Assembly (NCBI GenBank): GCA_963665125.2
Contig: CAXXUK010000002.1
Location: 192,001 to 256,000 of the forward strand
Length of the DNA: 64,000 nt
Direction of reading: 5' to 3'
Origin: an uncultured Desulfarculus sp.
GTDB taxonomy: Bacteria > Desulfobacterota > Desulfarculia > Desulfarculales > Desulfarculaceae
Both the position numbers and the translations under genes were made by a program. Below are positions 50,275-60,363 of this stretch, piece after piece. The first letter of the stretch is position 1, and each line of letters starts with the position of its first letter. The notes under the pieces are model-generated. The model saw only the letters and a list, made by a program, of their open reading frames with translations. It searched no databases and was not told the DNA's origin.

Positions 50275-51468
50275 ATGCCCAAATGTAGAAACATCAAGTT
50301 GGTATTCATGGCCGCGCTGCTTTGGCTGGGCTGTTCGGCCTGCCTGGGCCCACAAATTGATGTGCCTCCACAGCCGAGGCCGCCAGGCTGGAATATCGAC
50401 TCAGTTACTTTTTCGCCCAAAGGCGACGATATTTTGTTCCGGCTAAACGCTAACAAGGTGGGGATTCGCTGCGGTCTCTATTTGATGGACTCCAAAGGCA
50501 AGGTCAAAAGGCAGTATTTCGTTGATCCTGGCGAGTTCTGGCGCGTCAGGGCCGCCTTTACCCCTGACGGCGAAAAGGTTGCCTTTGTCATTGATACCGG
50601 TGATGAGCCCCGCAACATATTCATAATGGACAAAGACGGAGGAAATTTGCGGCGGCTGACCACGGGCCAGTACCAGGACGATTTTCCGCATTTCACCCCG
50701 GACGGCAAACGGCTCTACTTTATGCGGCAGCAAAAAAGGCCCAATGACAGGGAATATCTGAGACACAACAGCATCTGTTATGTGGACATGGCTACCGAAG
50801 AGACTGTCACGGCCGCTGAAATCAAAATGAAGTATCACATAGGCTATATGGCCCCAATGTCCGATTGGCAATATCTATTCATCGACACTAAAGACACTGG
50901 CTATGGTTCGTTACTGGACCTGGGCCATTTGTTCTGGAAGATGAGCATGAGGGATCCTCAGAAGATGTGGCCCATAGAACCCGATCTGGCTCCAGTGGTC
51001 AAGGTGCCGCTGCCCAGGCGAAAGCAGACCCTTGATATAGAACACTATCACCACCCGGACGGCACTGTTTTTTCAGTGCGTGATATGCCTTACGGCAAAA
51101 AAGAAGTGGCCTACCTGGAGTTCGATGAGCCGTGGGTTTCCATGGATGGCAACTGGCTGGCCTTTGCCTGGCGACCATTCGGGAAAAGGGACTATCAGGG
51201 CGACTATATCGACGACATGTTGTTTTTGACCGACTTGCGGACCATGAAAACCATCAGGGTCAAGTCTCCCGGCAGCATGGCCCTGCCCGAGGCCGTTAAC
51301 GCCGACGGCACAAAGGTCCTTTTTAACACATGGACGGGGCCGGGCCTGGCTTCCGACAACGAACTGAGGCCCTGCATCTACGACCGCACCACGGGCAAGA
51401 TCCATAAATTCCCGCTGGACTTTACCCAATGCGCGACCCCGCCCAAGCTGACAGGATTACCCAAATGA
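50275..51468 (+). CDS. TolB-like (PD40) beta-propeller, probable lipoprotein
   Basis: Lipoprotein-like leader; FSPKG and FTPDG repeats, IFIMDKDGGNLRRLT. Confidence 0.8.
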   Translation: MPKCRNIKLVFMAALLWLGCSACLGPQIDVPPQPRPPGWNIDSVTFSPKGDDILFRLNANKVGIRCGLYLMDSKGKVKRQYFVDPGEFWRVRAAFTPDGEKVAFVIDTGDEPRNIFIMDKDGGNLRRLTTGQYQDDFPHFTPDGKRLYFMRQQKRPNDREYLRHNSICYVDMATEETVTAAEIKMKYHIGYMAPMSDWQYLFIDTKDTGYGSLLDLGHLFWKMSMRDPQKMWPIEPDLAPVVKVPLPRRKQTLDIEHYHHPDGTVFSVRDMPYGKKEVAYLEFDEPWVSMDGNWLAFAWRPFGKRDYQGDYIDDMLFLTDLRTMKTIRVKSPGSMALPEAVNADGTKVLFNTWTGPGLASDNELRPCIYDRTTGKIHKFPLDFTQCATPPKLTGLPK

Positions 51469-52100
51469 ACCAGTTGCAAAAAGAAGCCAAAACATATCTG
51501 AAAGACCTCCTGGCCCAGGGTCACGAGGCCCAGCGCAAGCGCCTGAAAAATGTGTGGGAGCCCGAGGTCATCGCGATCATGGACGCCACGGCCAACCAGT
51601 GTTTGGCCGTGGCGCGGCTGATGATTAAGCGCTATACCGAGGCCAAGCCCGATGCCGCGAGCTACGCCGGATTGCAACAGCCGCTGAATCGGGCCTGGGC
51701 CAGTATCGTGGCCGGCCGGACCGAACAGGCCAAGCAGGTCATCCAGGACGGCGTAAGGAGTTTGGCCCGAAGCACGGCCGAGTCCCTGACCATCGGCGGG
51801 CTGGCCGCGCCAGTGCCCACACTGGAGTCGCTACACCCCATCGAAGCTGAAATAGTGGACGACCTGGCCGGCGGCAAGGAACTGGATTCTTACGTGGCCC
51901 GGCACTGCTCGGCATTCAGCAAGGCCGTGGCCGCCCAACTGCGCCTGGCCAAGCCGGGCAACGAGGCCAAACTGGACATGCGGCTTGAGGCCGCGGCCGC
52001 CATGTTCAGGGTAAATCTGCACACCGTGGCCCGGACAATGCTCTTCCAGGCCGCCCACCAGACACAACGCGCCGTCACCAGGCCGTTGAGCGCTGCCTGA
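51465..52100 (+). CDS. Hypothetical helical protein
   Basis: ATGA overlap with upstream gene; Ala-rich. Confidence 0.6.
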   Translation: MNQLQKEAKTYLKDLLAQGHEAQRKRLKNVWEPEVIAIMDATANQCLAVARLMIKRYTEAKPDAASYAGLQQPLNRAWASIVAGRTEQAKQVIQDGVRSLARSTAESLTIGGLAAPVPTLESLHPIEAEIVDDLAGGKELDSYVARHCSAFSKAVAAQLRLAKPGNEAKLDMRLEAAAAMFRVNLHTVARTMLFQAAHQTQRAVTRPLSAA

Positions 52101-52130
52101 CAACGGAGCGTAGGTTTTATTTAGGCTATA

Positions 52131-53321
52131 TCAACCCGTTACCGCTGCCACGGCCATATCCGAAAGCCGCTGATGACGCAGGATGCTCGCACCCTCTTCC
52201 ATCAGCCCTGCCGACATGAACACATAGGTCAATTCGCGTTCCGGGTCCACCCAGAAGGCGGTTGATCCGGCTCCCATTCCACCGAAGGTCCCCGGCGAGG
52301 TGTACTGGCCCAAGAATGTCGGGAAATAGCCTTCGCCGCGCAGGAAGAACGACAGCCCCATGTTGGCCGGGAAACCGGACCAGCCATACATTTCCCGCAT
52401 GTAGTCCATCAAATGGTTGGGCAGATCACCGGTGTGGTTGGCGGTTGCAATGGCCACCGACTCCGGGGAAAGCACCCTCTTGCCGTTGAGTTCCCCCTTG
52501 TTGCGCAGCATCTCGCCAAAACGCAAAATATCCATGGCCGTGGACACCGCCCCGCCGGCCGGCAACTCGGCGGTTTCAGTCAACAGGAAGTTAACCGACT
52601 CCAGCAATGCGGGTTCGAACATGCCCGGTGTCTGATCACGGACCACAAGCGGCACGATCCTGTGTTTGAGAGCCTCGGGCAGGCCGAGGGCCGTGTCGGT
52701 CATACCCAGCGGATCGAACAAGTCTTGTTTGAGGATCTGGCGGTAGTCGCGCTTGGACTCGTCCAGGCGGGTGGTGATCGCGGCCAGGACCGAATGCGCC
52801 ACCAGGGCATTGTAGGACACTATGGTCCCAGGCATGTAGTGCAGCCGTTCATTGCACACCGCTGCTGTTACGGCTTGGATATTTGTCAGGTTTTCCGGGG
52901 GCAGACCCAAAGGCATCTCCGTATTGAGTCCGCTTGTATGGCTGAGCATCTGTACGACGCTCACCCGCTGTTTGCCCTTGATGCCAAACTCGGGAATAAT
53001 TTCGCTGACAGGCGTGGTCAGAGAATACTTGCCCGCTTCGACATCCATCAGCGTGCGCACGGCCGTGAACTGTTTTGTGATCGACATGATGAAAAACAAG
53101 TCATCGGTTGAAGCAGGACGTTTGCTTTCCAGGTTGGCCAGGCCCGCGGCCTCGTTAAATACGACCTCGCCGTGCCGCGCGATTGCCATGACCGCGCCAT
53201 CGTAACGGCCCCGCTCAACGTCCCGTAGAATCACGTCTTTCAATTTTTCCAGTTGGCCGGGACTCATGCCGAGTTCGGTGATTCTGTCCGCCTTTACAGC
53301 GGTTCCCGTAAATGTAGCCAT
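52131..53321 (-). CDS. Serine hydrolase, beta-lactamase/EstB-like family
   Basis: F.IMSITK (SxxK), LSHTSGL, PG...SY, FWVDPER. Confidence 0.92.
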   Translation of the reverse strand: MATFTGTAVKADRITELGMSPGQLEKLKDVILRDVERGRYDGAVMAIARHGEVVFNEAAGLANLESKRPASTDDLFFIMSITKQFTAVRTLMDVEAGKYSLTTPVSEIIPEFGIKGKQRVSVVQMLSHTSGLNTEMPLGLPPENLTNIQAVTAAVCNERLHYMPGTIVSYNALVAHSVLAAITTRLDESKRDYRQILKQDLFDPLGMTDTALGLPEALKHRIVPLVVRDQTPGMFEPALLESVNFLLTETAELPAGGAVSTAMDILRFGEMLRNKGELNGKRVLSPESVAIATANHTGDLPNHLMDYMREMYGWSGFPANMGLSFFLRGEGYFPTFLGQYTSPGTFGGMGAGSTAFWVDPERELTYVFMSAGLMEEGASILRHQRLSDMAVAAVTG

Positions 53322-53430
53322 TTCGCTCCCCTTAATATATTTCGGATTTGCTGATTCGCTTCGCCGAAGACTGATTTGACAATATCAGGGGGAATAACTA
53401 TAAATGAAATGAATATATATAATACTAAGC

Positions 53431-53445
53431 ATTCACATCATGAAT
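53431..53445. promoter_or_regulatory. LysR recognition site
   Basis: ATTC-N7-GAAT (T-N11-A) between divergent genes. Confidence 0.6.
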
Positions 53446-53487
53446 ATATAATCCCACAATGACGCTACTTTCAGTTGGCGCGTTAAA

Positions 53488-54408
53488 ATGAACCTAAGAA
53501 ATATAGACTTGAACCTACTCGTGCTTTTCGAGGCACTGGTCAGGGAACAAAACATCACCCGTGCCGCCCAACAGGTCGGCCTAAGCCAATCGGCCATGAG
53601 CAACGCCTTGAACAGGCTCCGGGATGTGTTTCAAGATTCCGTACTGGTCCGAACCGGCATCCGGATGGTCCCGACTCCGAAGGCGCTTGCCCTTTTGCCG
53701 GACATCCAGGAAATCCTTACACGTGTCGGCTTGATCCTCGAATCGAAGAATGAATTTGTTCCCGCGGAATCTGAAAAAAAATATGTGATTCTGACCACGG
53801 ATTATTGCGAGTTCGTGGTCCTGCCAAAGCTGGTCGAACGCATCGAAAAGCAGGCCCCCAATGTAACGCTGGAAGTCAAGCGGATGGAAAGGGACCATCG
53901 AGTCTCGGATATTTTCGACAGGCTGGAAAAACGGGATTTGGACTTGGTTATTTTAAGCCACACGCCGGACAGGCTTGGGATCAACCATTGCCATCTGTTC
54001 AGCGATATGATGGTCAGCATGGCCAGAAAAGGGCACCCGCTGGCCCAACGCGAACCAAGCGTGGCGGATTTCCTGGGCGCGAAACATGTTGGAGTCAAAC
54101 TGATGGAAGACAAGAGTTACACCATTGAAAACACCGTACTGAGTAAAAAAGGCCAGGAAAGGGATATAGCCGTCAGCGTACCCCACTACATGGTCGCGCC
54201 TTGGCTGCTGATAAACTCTGATTTGATTGTCACGGTGCCCCAAAGGGCCGCCGCGGTTGTAACAAAAATACTACCCCTGGCCACGTTTCCTTGTCCGGTG
54301 TTCAAGGAAGAGTTCGACGTCAATATGATGTGGCATGATCGTTTTAACAACGATCCGTCCCACTGCTGGCTGAGAGAGCAGCTTATCGATCTGAAGCAAG
54401 TCTATTGA
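53488..54408 (+). CDS. LysR family regulator (NodD/LeuO-like)
   Basis: DLNLL..F, LSQSAMSNALNRLR, WH.R...DP.H.WLR. Confidence 0.95.
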   Translation: MNLRNIDLNLLVLFEALVREQNITRAAQQVGLSQSAMSNALNRLRDVFQDSVLVRTGIRMVPTPKALALLPDIQEILTRVGLILESKNEFVPAESEKKYVILTTDYCEFVVLPKLVERIEKQAPNVTLEVKRMERDHRVSDIFDRLEKRDLDLVILSHTPDRLGINHCHLFSDMMVSMARKGHPLAQREPSVADFLGAKHVGVKLMEDKSYTIENTVLSKKGQERDIAVSVPHYMVAPWLLINSDLIVTVPQRAAAVVTKILPLATFPCPVFKEEFDVNMMWHDRFNNDPSHCWLREQLIDLKQVY

Positions 54409-54489
54409 CGGCCTTGATATTGTTTGCTTCCACCAATACCCTGAGCGCCGTCCCCAGGCCATGGAGAGCTGCCCAGGTCTTTTCGCCCA

Positions 54490-55800
54490 TCAGCGGCGGG
54501 GATAGACGGCCCTGACGATCCGCAGTCCCGGCGCTTCCGCGGCCTTGGTCAACACCGCCCTGGCGGCTTCGACGTCGGCGGGATCCTGGATATCATGTAG
54601 GCGGTCCCGCCAGCCGAAGAGTAACTGGTCCAACAAACCGGCAGGGATTGGCTGGCCGCCGGTGGTCAGGGCCTTGCCGTTATCGAGGATTAAGACCTTG
54701 AGCCGGGCCTTGCGGGCCGAGGCCTCCACCATGCCCAAATGCCCGGCGGCGATAAAGGCGTAATCGCCGGTCACGGCCCAGGCGCTGCCCATACCGGCCA
54801 GCAGCGCGCCCAATGCCAAGGGCAGGCTGCCGCCGTAATAGGTGCAGGCGTCCACGCAGCCGAAGGGCTCAAAGGCGAACAAGGAGCCGATGCCCGTGTC
54901 GCCGGACACAAAAGCGGCGTGCGGACGAATGGCCTTGAAGGCCTCGAACAGGGGCGAATAGGTCCGCGCCTCGCCCTGCCATTTGGGCGGCAGGCTGGTG
55001 GGGATTTCCAGGGGCGTGGGCCGGGGCACGATGTCTGGATCATGCTCCTGCAACCTGGCCTGCAACACCTTGTATTGATATTCGGCCAACGGCGGGCACA
55101 AAACCTGGCGCTGGGGGTCGCGGCTCCACTTGCCCGGCACCTGGTTGACGGGCGCGCGGCTGGGCGGCGAGGGCTCATCAAGTTGATCGGTGTTGACAAA
55201 GGCGGCAACGGGCAGGCCCAGCCTCTCGGACCAGGCAAAGCAGGCCAGGACCTGGTAGTAGGCATCGCGGGGGTTAACCATGACAAAGGGAATGCCGGTT
55301 CCCTTTAAAAACGCCTCCAGATCCATGATGCTGTCGGAATGGCGGCCCTTGGGGTCATAGGTGACCACGGCCACGCATCCGGCCGACACCCCGGCGGTCA
55401 GCGAATCCACCACGCTGTTGGCGGCCTTGGCCAGGCCGTGGCCCTTGATCACCGTGGCGGCCCGGTGGCCGGTCAGGGCCGCGCCGTGGGCCAGGCTGTA
55501 GGCCACCTCCTCGTTGAAACTGTAGGGCGCGTTCCTTTTGGACAGCTCCAAATATTGGTCGAAGAGCTTGGCCACGCCCGTGGCGGGCACTGCCGTGGCC
55601 AACCGGAGAGCGGCATCGGCCAAGGCCTGGGCCACGGAACGGCCCATGGTAATCATGGCCTGGTCCGGGGCATCGGCCGCCGATGACGCCGCCGCCCTGC
55701 CCGTCAGTCCGGCCACGGCCATATGGGCTGTGCCCAGACCGGCAAGCCACAGAAACTTGCGGCGGTTGATATCAAAGCGTTGCAGCATGGTTCCTCGCAT
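54490..55800 (-). CDS. ThDP-dependent IorA-derived protein with twin-arginine leader
   Basis: NRRKFL; NEEVA (IorA NEKVA); GDYAF...ILDN ThDP motif; start uncertain (55800 or 55788). Confidence 0.75.
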   Translation of the reverse strand: MRGTMLQRFDINRRKFLWLAGLGTAHMAVAGLTGRAAASSAADAPDQAMITMGRSVAQALADAALRLATAVPATGVAKLFDQYLELSKRNAPYSFNEEVAYSLAHGAALTGHRAATVIKGHGLAKAANSVVDSLTAGVSAGCVAVVTYDPKGRHSDSIMDLEAFLKGTGIPFVMVNPRDAYYQVLACFAWSERLGLPVAAFVNTDQLDEPSPPSRAPVNQVPGKWSRDPQRQVLCPPLAEYQYKVLQARLQEHDPDIVPRPTPLEIPTSLPPKWQGEARTYSPLFEAFKAIRPHAAFVSGDTGIGSLFAFEPFGCVDACTYYGGSLPLALGALLAGMGSAWAVTGDYAFIAAGHLGMVEASARKARLKVLILDNGKALTTGGQPIPAGLLDQLLFGWRDRLHDIQDPADVEAARAVLTKAAEAPGLRIVRAVYPRR

Positions 55801-56046
55801 GTTCGCCCCCCGGCCAAAGTAAACAGACCGAGACTGCATGTTACAATACTATCCCACAAAGGATAGAGTTTTCATCCATGGCCGATAAGGGCGCCTTTCA
55901 AACGTCGCCCACCGCAATACGCCGGTGGCCGGGCAAAGGCTGCCGTACGCCCTATCCCGGCAACGGCCGTATCCCGCTTCCGCCTTCCTTACTGCTTAAT
56001 TTTCCAGGCAAAACAACTTTTATGGGCGGAGGGGATTTTTTTAGTT

Positions 56047-56080
56047 GCCCTAAAAAATACCGATCGGTATATTTTAGGGC
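56047..56080. promoter_or_regulatory. 34-bp near-perfect palindrome (TetR operator) abutting ATG
   Basis: GCCCTAAAAAATACCGATCGGTATATTTTAGGGC. Confidence 0.75.
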
Positions 56081-56689
56081 ATGAACAGCAACCAAAATAG
56101 TAAGGCCCAAAGGACCAAACGCCACATTCTGGAGACCGTGGCCCCCGTATTCAATAAACGGGGCTATTCCGGTACATCCCTCAGCGACATCACCCAGGCC
56201 ACTGGCCTGACCAAGGGTGGCATCTACTGCAATTTCAAGAACAAAGATGAACTTGCCCTGGCCTCGTTTGAATACAACTTTGACCGGATTCGCACATACA
56301 TCCAGCGTGAGGTTGCTGCTGAAAAAACCAATTTGGGAAAGCTGTTGGCCTACCCTAGAGGCTACCGGAAGGCTTTTGCCGAGATGGCCGGCATGGGCGG
56401 CTGTCCGGTGGCCAATACCGCGGTGGATGCCGATGACACCCACCACGATCTGCACCTGCTTGTGATGGAGGCCATCGACACCTGGCGCGACGCCTTAATT
56501 ATGTTGGTCGAACGGGGCAAGACCAAAGGCGAAATCCGTTCCGACGCCGACTCGGAGAAGTTGGCCGAGACGGTCATCAGCCTGGTCGAGGGGGGCAGCA
56601 TCATGGCCAAGACCACCGGTCGCGAAAGCTTTTTATTCCATGCCCTGGACCAGATCGAGGCGGTGATTCTGGCGGCCAAAACGGAGTAA
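56081..56689 (+). CDS. TetR family regulator (NemR/LmrA-like)
   Basis: GLTKGGIYCNFKNKDEL, GGCPVAN. Confidence 0.92.
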   Translation: MNSNQNSKAQRTKRHILETVAPVFNKRGYSGTSLSDITQATGLTKGGIYCNFKNKDELALASFEYNFDRIRTYIQREVAAEKTNLGKLLAYPRGYRKAFAEMAGMGGCPVANTAVDADDTHHDLHLLVMEAIDTWRDALIMLVERGKTKGEIRSDADSEKLAETVISLVEGGSIMAKTTGRESFLFHALDQIEAVILAAKTE

Positions 56690-56843
56690 TTTTTTTAACA
56701 ACAAATAATACCGAACAGTCCCTCGTATAAACAAAGGAGCGTTGTTCTCAACGACAAAGCAATCCCAATGGAAAGCCGCGCAAGCGTGGTGACCCCCAAA
56801 CAGGCCAAAACTTAGTAACTAATTGCAATGAAGGAATTTTAAC

Positions 56844-57950
56844 ATGTCAGAAGAAATGGTTTTTCAAGCACTGGCCAAGCACCTCGACAGCCTGCCCGAG
56901 GGCTTTCCCTCCACCGAATCCGGCGTGGAGCTGCGAATCTTGAAGTACCTCTTCACTCCGGAACAAGCCGATCTGGCGGTGCACCTCCAGCCAATGCCCG
57001 CGACCGCCGAGGCAGTTGCCGAAAGGGCGAACATGGACGCCGCTCAAGTGACCGAAATGCTGGATGAAATGTCGGCAAAGGGCCTGGTTTTCAGCCTTAA
57101 GCCCCCGGAGAAAGAACCGTTGTACATGGCCGCGGCTTTTGTCATCGGCATCTGGGAATACCAGCTCAACCGGCTCACCCCCGAGTTCAACGACATGGTA
57201 AGGGAATACATGCCGCAGTTGCAGACGACAATGATGCACATGCCGCCCCAACTGCGCACCATCCCGGTGGAAAAGAGCATCGACGCCAAGGCCGAGGTAT
57301 TGGCCTATGAGCAGGCGCGGGAATTGATCAAGGGCCAGAAAAAGATCGTGGTCTCGCCGTGCATCTGCCGCAAGGAACACAAGATGATGGGAGGGGGTTG
57401 CGACAAGCCTCTGGAAACGTGTCTGAGCTTCGGCTGGGGCGCCGACTATTACGAACGCAATGGCCTGGGCCGGGCCATCGACGGGGATGAAGCCTTGGTG
57501 GTCTTACAGCTTGCCGAGGAGGCAGGCCTGGTGATCCAACCCAGCAACGCCCAGAAGATCGTGGCCATGTGCTGCTGTTGCGGTGATTGCTGCGAGTCCC
57601 TGGCGGCCCTCAAGCTTCATCCCAGACCGGCCAGCGTGGCCTCGTCGGCCTTTTTGGCCAAGGTGAACCAGGACGAGTGCGTCGGCTGCGAGACCTGCCT
57701 GGACCGCTGTCAAATGGAGGCCCTGACCGTGGTCGACGACAGCGTGGCCGTCGTGAATCCGGACCGCTGCATCGGTTGCGGCTTGTGCGTCACCACCTGC
57801 CCCACGGAAGCCATCAGCCTGGAGCGCAAGCCCGAGGACCAGATCCGCTCCGTTCCGGCCAACATGATGGAAGCCTACATGGAACGGTTGCAACTCCGGG
57901 CCCACGCCGAAGTGGCCGGCAGGGCCGATCGCCTCAAGCAGGTGCAGTAG
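56844..57950 (+). CDS. 4Fe-4S dicluster protein
   Basis: CICR, CCCCGDCC, two CxxCxxCxxxC motifs. Confidence 0.88.
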   Translation: MSEEMVFQALAKHLDSLPEGFPSTESGVELRILKYLFTPEQADLAVHLQPMPATAEAVAERANMDAAQVTEMLDEMSAKGLVFSLKPPEKEPLYMAAAFVIGIWEYQLNRLTPEFNDMVREYMPQLQTTMMHMPPQLRTIPVEKSIDAKAEVLAYEQARELIKGQKKIVVSPCICRKEHKMMGGGCDKPLETCLSFGWGADYYERNGLGRAIDGDEALVVLQLAEEAGLVIQPSNAQKIVAMCCCCGDCCESLAALKLHPRPASVASSAFLAKVNQDECVGCETCLDRCQMEALTVVDDSVAVVNPDRCIGCGLCVTTCPTEAISLERKPEDQIRSVPANMMEAYMERLQLRAHAEVAGRADRLKQVQ

Positions 57951-57989
57951 CGGGCTTTAAAACCGGAGTTGTCCAAAAGAGAGGAAAAC

Positions 57990-59075
57990 ATGAGCGTGCT
58001 ATTTGAACAAACCAACATCGCCGGGCTGAGCTTGAGCAATCGTTTTGCGCGGTCGGCCACCTGGGAGGGTATGGCCGCCGATGACGGCGCCGTCACCGAC
58101 AAACTGATCCAAACCATGGTGGACCTTGCCGAGGGCGGCGTGGGGTTGATCATCACCAGCCATGCCTATGTGCTGCCCGAAGGCCAGGCCGGTCCCTGGC
58201 AACTCGGCGTTTATAAAGACGATTTGGTCCCGGGCCTGCGGCGCATGGCCGACGCCGTGCACGCGGCCGGCGGCAAGATAGTCATGCAGATCGCCCATGC
58301 CGGGTGCTTCGCCATGTCCCGGCCGCCCATGGCCGTGTCTGATTTTACCGAGCTGGGCGACAAGCCGCGTCAGGAGATGGACACCGCCTATGTCGCCGCG
58401 CTGCCTGATGCTTTTGCCAAGGCGGCTGTAAGGGCCCGCCAGGCCGGCTTTGACGGGGTGCAGCTTCATTCGGCCCACGGTTATCTCCTGAACCAGTTCC
58501 TGTCGCCGTTTTTCAACCGCCGCACCGACAAGTACGGCGGAGACATCCAAGGCCGTTGCCGGGTGCATGTGGAGACATGCCAGGCCATCCGCGCCGCCGT
58601 TGGCGATGACTATCCCTTGTTGGCCAAGCTCAACAGCCGGGACTTCGTGCCGGGCGGCCTGGAACTGGGAGATGCCATCGAGGCGGGCCGCGCCATGGCC
58701 GCCGCCGGTCTGGACGCTGTCGAATTGAGCGGTGGCTTGATCACCGGTGGTAAGCTGTCGCCGTCGCGCTCGGGTATTAGCAGCCCGGAAAAAGAGGCGT
58801 ATTTCCGCGCCGAAGCCGAGGCCTTCCGCAAGGCCACGGACCTGCCGCTGATCCTGGTGGGAGGCATGCGCTCGCCCCAGGTGGCGGAAGAGCTGGTGAA
58901 GAGCGGCGTGGCTGACATGGTTTCCTTGAGCCGTCCCTTTATTCGCGAACCAGCGCTGGTAAACCGCTGGCAAAGCGGCGACCTGTCTCCGGCCAAATGC
59001 AAATCAGACAACCTGTGTTTCAAGCCAGGTATGCAAGGCAAGGGCATCTACTGCGTGGTGGAGCATCCGGAATAA
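57990..59075 (+). CDS. NADH:flavin oxidoreductase (Old Yellow Enzyme family)
   Basis: NRFARSATWE, QIAHAG, GFDGVQLHSAHGYL, RTDKYGG, SRPFIREP. Confidence 0.93.
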   Translation: MSVLFEQTNIAGLSLSNRFARSATWEGMAADDGAVTDKLIQTMVDLAEGGVGLIITSHAYVLPEGQAGPWQLGVYKDDLVPGLRRMADAVHAAGGKIVMQIAHAGCFAMSRPPMAVSDFTELGDKPRQEMDTAYVAALPDAFAKAAVRARQAGFDGVQLHSAHGYLLNQFLSPFFNRRTDKYGGDIQGRCRVHVETCQAIRAAVGDDYPLLAKLNSRDFVPGGLELGDAIEAGRAMAAAGLDAVELSGGLITGGKLSPSRSGISSPEKEAYFRAEAEAFRKATDLPLILVGGMRSPQVAEELVKSGVADMVSLSRPFIREPALVNRWQSGDLSPAKCKSDNLCFKPGMQGKGIYCVVEHPE

Positions 59076-59282
59076 GGTTCGTTTTTGTGTCGAAGGCTGC
59101 CTTTTTCCAAATGGCAAAAGCTTGGAAAGAGGCGGCCTCAAGGCCTGTCGGGGCTTCAACGAGAGGTAAACCTCGGTGTGGAACATAGGCCGCCGCTATT
59201 AACCGTGGTGATTTGATGGCCAGGGACGAGGCTAAATGAAATCGTATAACCATGTACGCCTTATAACTGCCAGGATCATTGA

Positions 59283-59897
59283 GTGAATAATATCTCCGGA
59301 GACGGCTACCAGAGGATTTACTCGGACCTGCTTCTTGAGTTGCGGCAGGCGGACGTCTCCGCCTCCGCCGAAGCGCTGGGACTGGCGCGCAATACTGCCG
59401 GCGAAGTGGAAATTCCATTCCTGGGGCCGAACTACCTGCTGTCCAATGAGGGGATAAAGCGGGCCGACGGCCACAGCTTCCCCAATGTCACGGGCAGCGG
59501 CTTGATTCGCTATTTGTTGGCCGGAAGCAGCAGCCGTCCGTCCGGCGAGTTCGTAACCTTCGCCGCGTTGGCCGGGCCCTTGTTTGGCCAAGGAGGTTAT
59601 TCAGGCAGCGCCTTGGAACTGCCAATCAACAGACGCTTCCAAGGGCGAAGTTCAGATTTGCTGCGAGTGGCGGAATCTCTGGGCGGGAGTCTGGCAGGCG
59701 AGGGCGGGCTAGGTTCGATCAGCCTGGTTTTCGAACTGCTGCCCCATATCCGAATCCAGCTCATTTTTTACGACAGTGACGAGGAGTTCCCGGCCCGGGC
59801 GGCTTTACTGTTTGACAAAAATGCCACCAAAATCCTGGATTTCGAGACGCTGGCCGTATTGGTCACGGTGTTTGTCCGTGAACTGACCAGCCTTTGA
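59283..59897 (+). CDS. DUF3786-like protein
   Basis: LLP.I.IQLIFYD.DEEFPA.A.LLFD. Confidence 0.75.
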   Translation: MNNISGDGYQRIYSDLLLELRQADVSASAEALGLARNTAGEVEIPFLGPNYLLSNEGIKRADGHSFPNVTGSGLIRYLLAGSSSRPSGEFVTFAALAGPLFGQGGYSGSALELPINRRFQGRSSDLLRVAESLGGSLAGEGGLGSISLVFELLPHIRIQLIFYDSDEEFPARAALLFDKNATKILDFETLAVLVTVFVRELTSL

Positions 59898-60075
59898 AGT
59901 CGTCAACACAGGCTCAAGCATTGCAATAGGCAGGATGTTTGCGATCGGACACCACGAATATAGCTTCAGAAAGAATGACAAAGTGAATCGCATTGAGTCG
60001 AATTTAGAGGTGGACCCCATAAATCGGACAATAGTGTAAGGTGGTATGGATGAGTCCGATGGAGGGACACCAGCT

Positions 60076-60363
60076 ATGAGCAAGACCAAACGCAGGCGCT
60101 TTTCGGCCGAATTCAAGGCCACGGTAGCGCTGGAGGCATTGAAGGGCGAGCAGACTCTTTCCGAGCTGGCAGCACGGTTTGACATCCACCCCAATATGAT
60201 TGCGCAGTGGAAGCGCCAGGCCACCGAAGGCCTGACAGAAGTTTTCTCCAGCAAGGGTGCGAAGCAGCAAGAGGCCGGAGAATCCCAGATCAAAGAGCTT
60301 CATGCAAAGATTGGGCAGTTGACCATTGAACGGGATTTTTTGGCCAAGGCCTCCGGTCGCTGA
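60076..60363 (+). CDS. IS3 transposase OrfA
   Basis: RRFSAEFKA.VALEA, ELHAKIGQLTIERDFL. Confidence 0.9.
   Translation: MSKTKRRRFSAEFKATVALEALKGEQTLSELAARFDIHPNMIAQWKRQATEGLTEVFSSKGAKQQEAGESQIKELHAKIGQLTIERDFLAKASGR

Noticed and set aside
335..59047. Many long antisense or overlapping ORFs
   Set aside because: Expected in high-GC DNA; they overlap well-supported genes and show no motifs.
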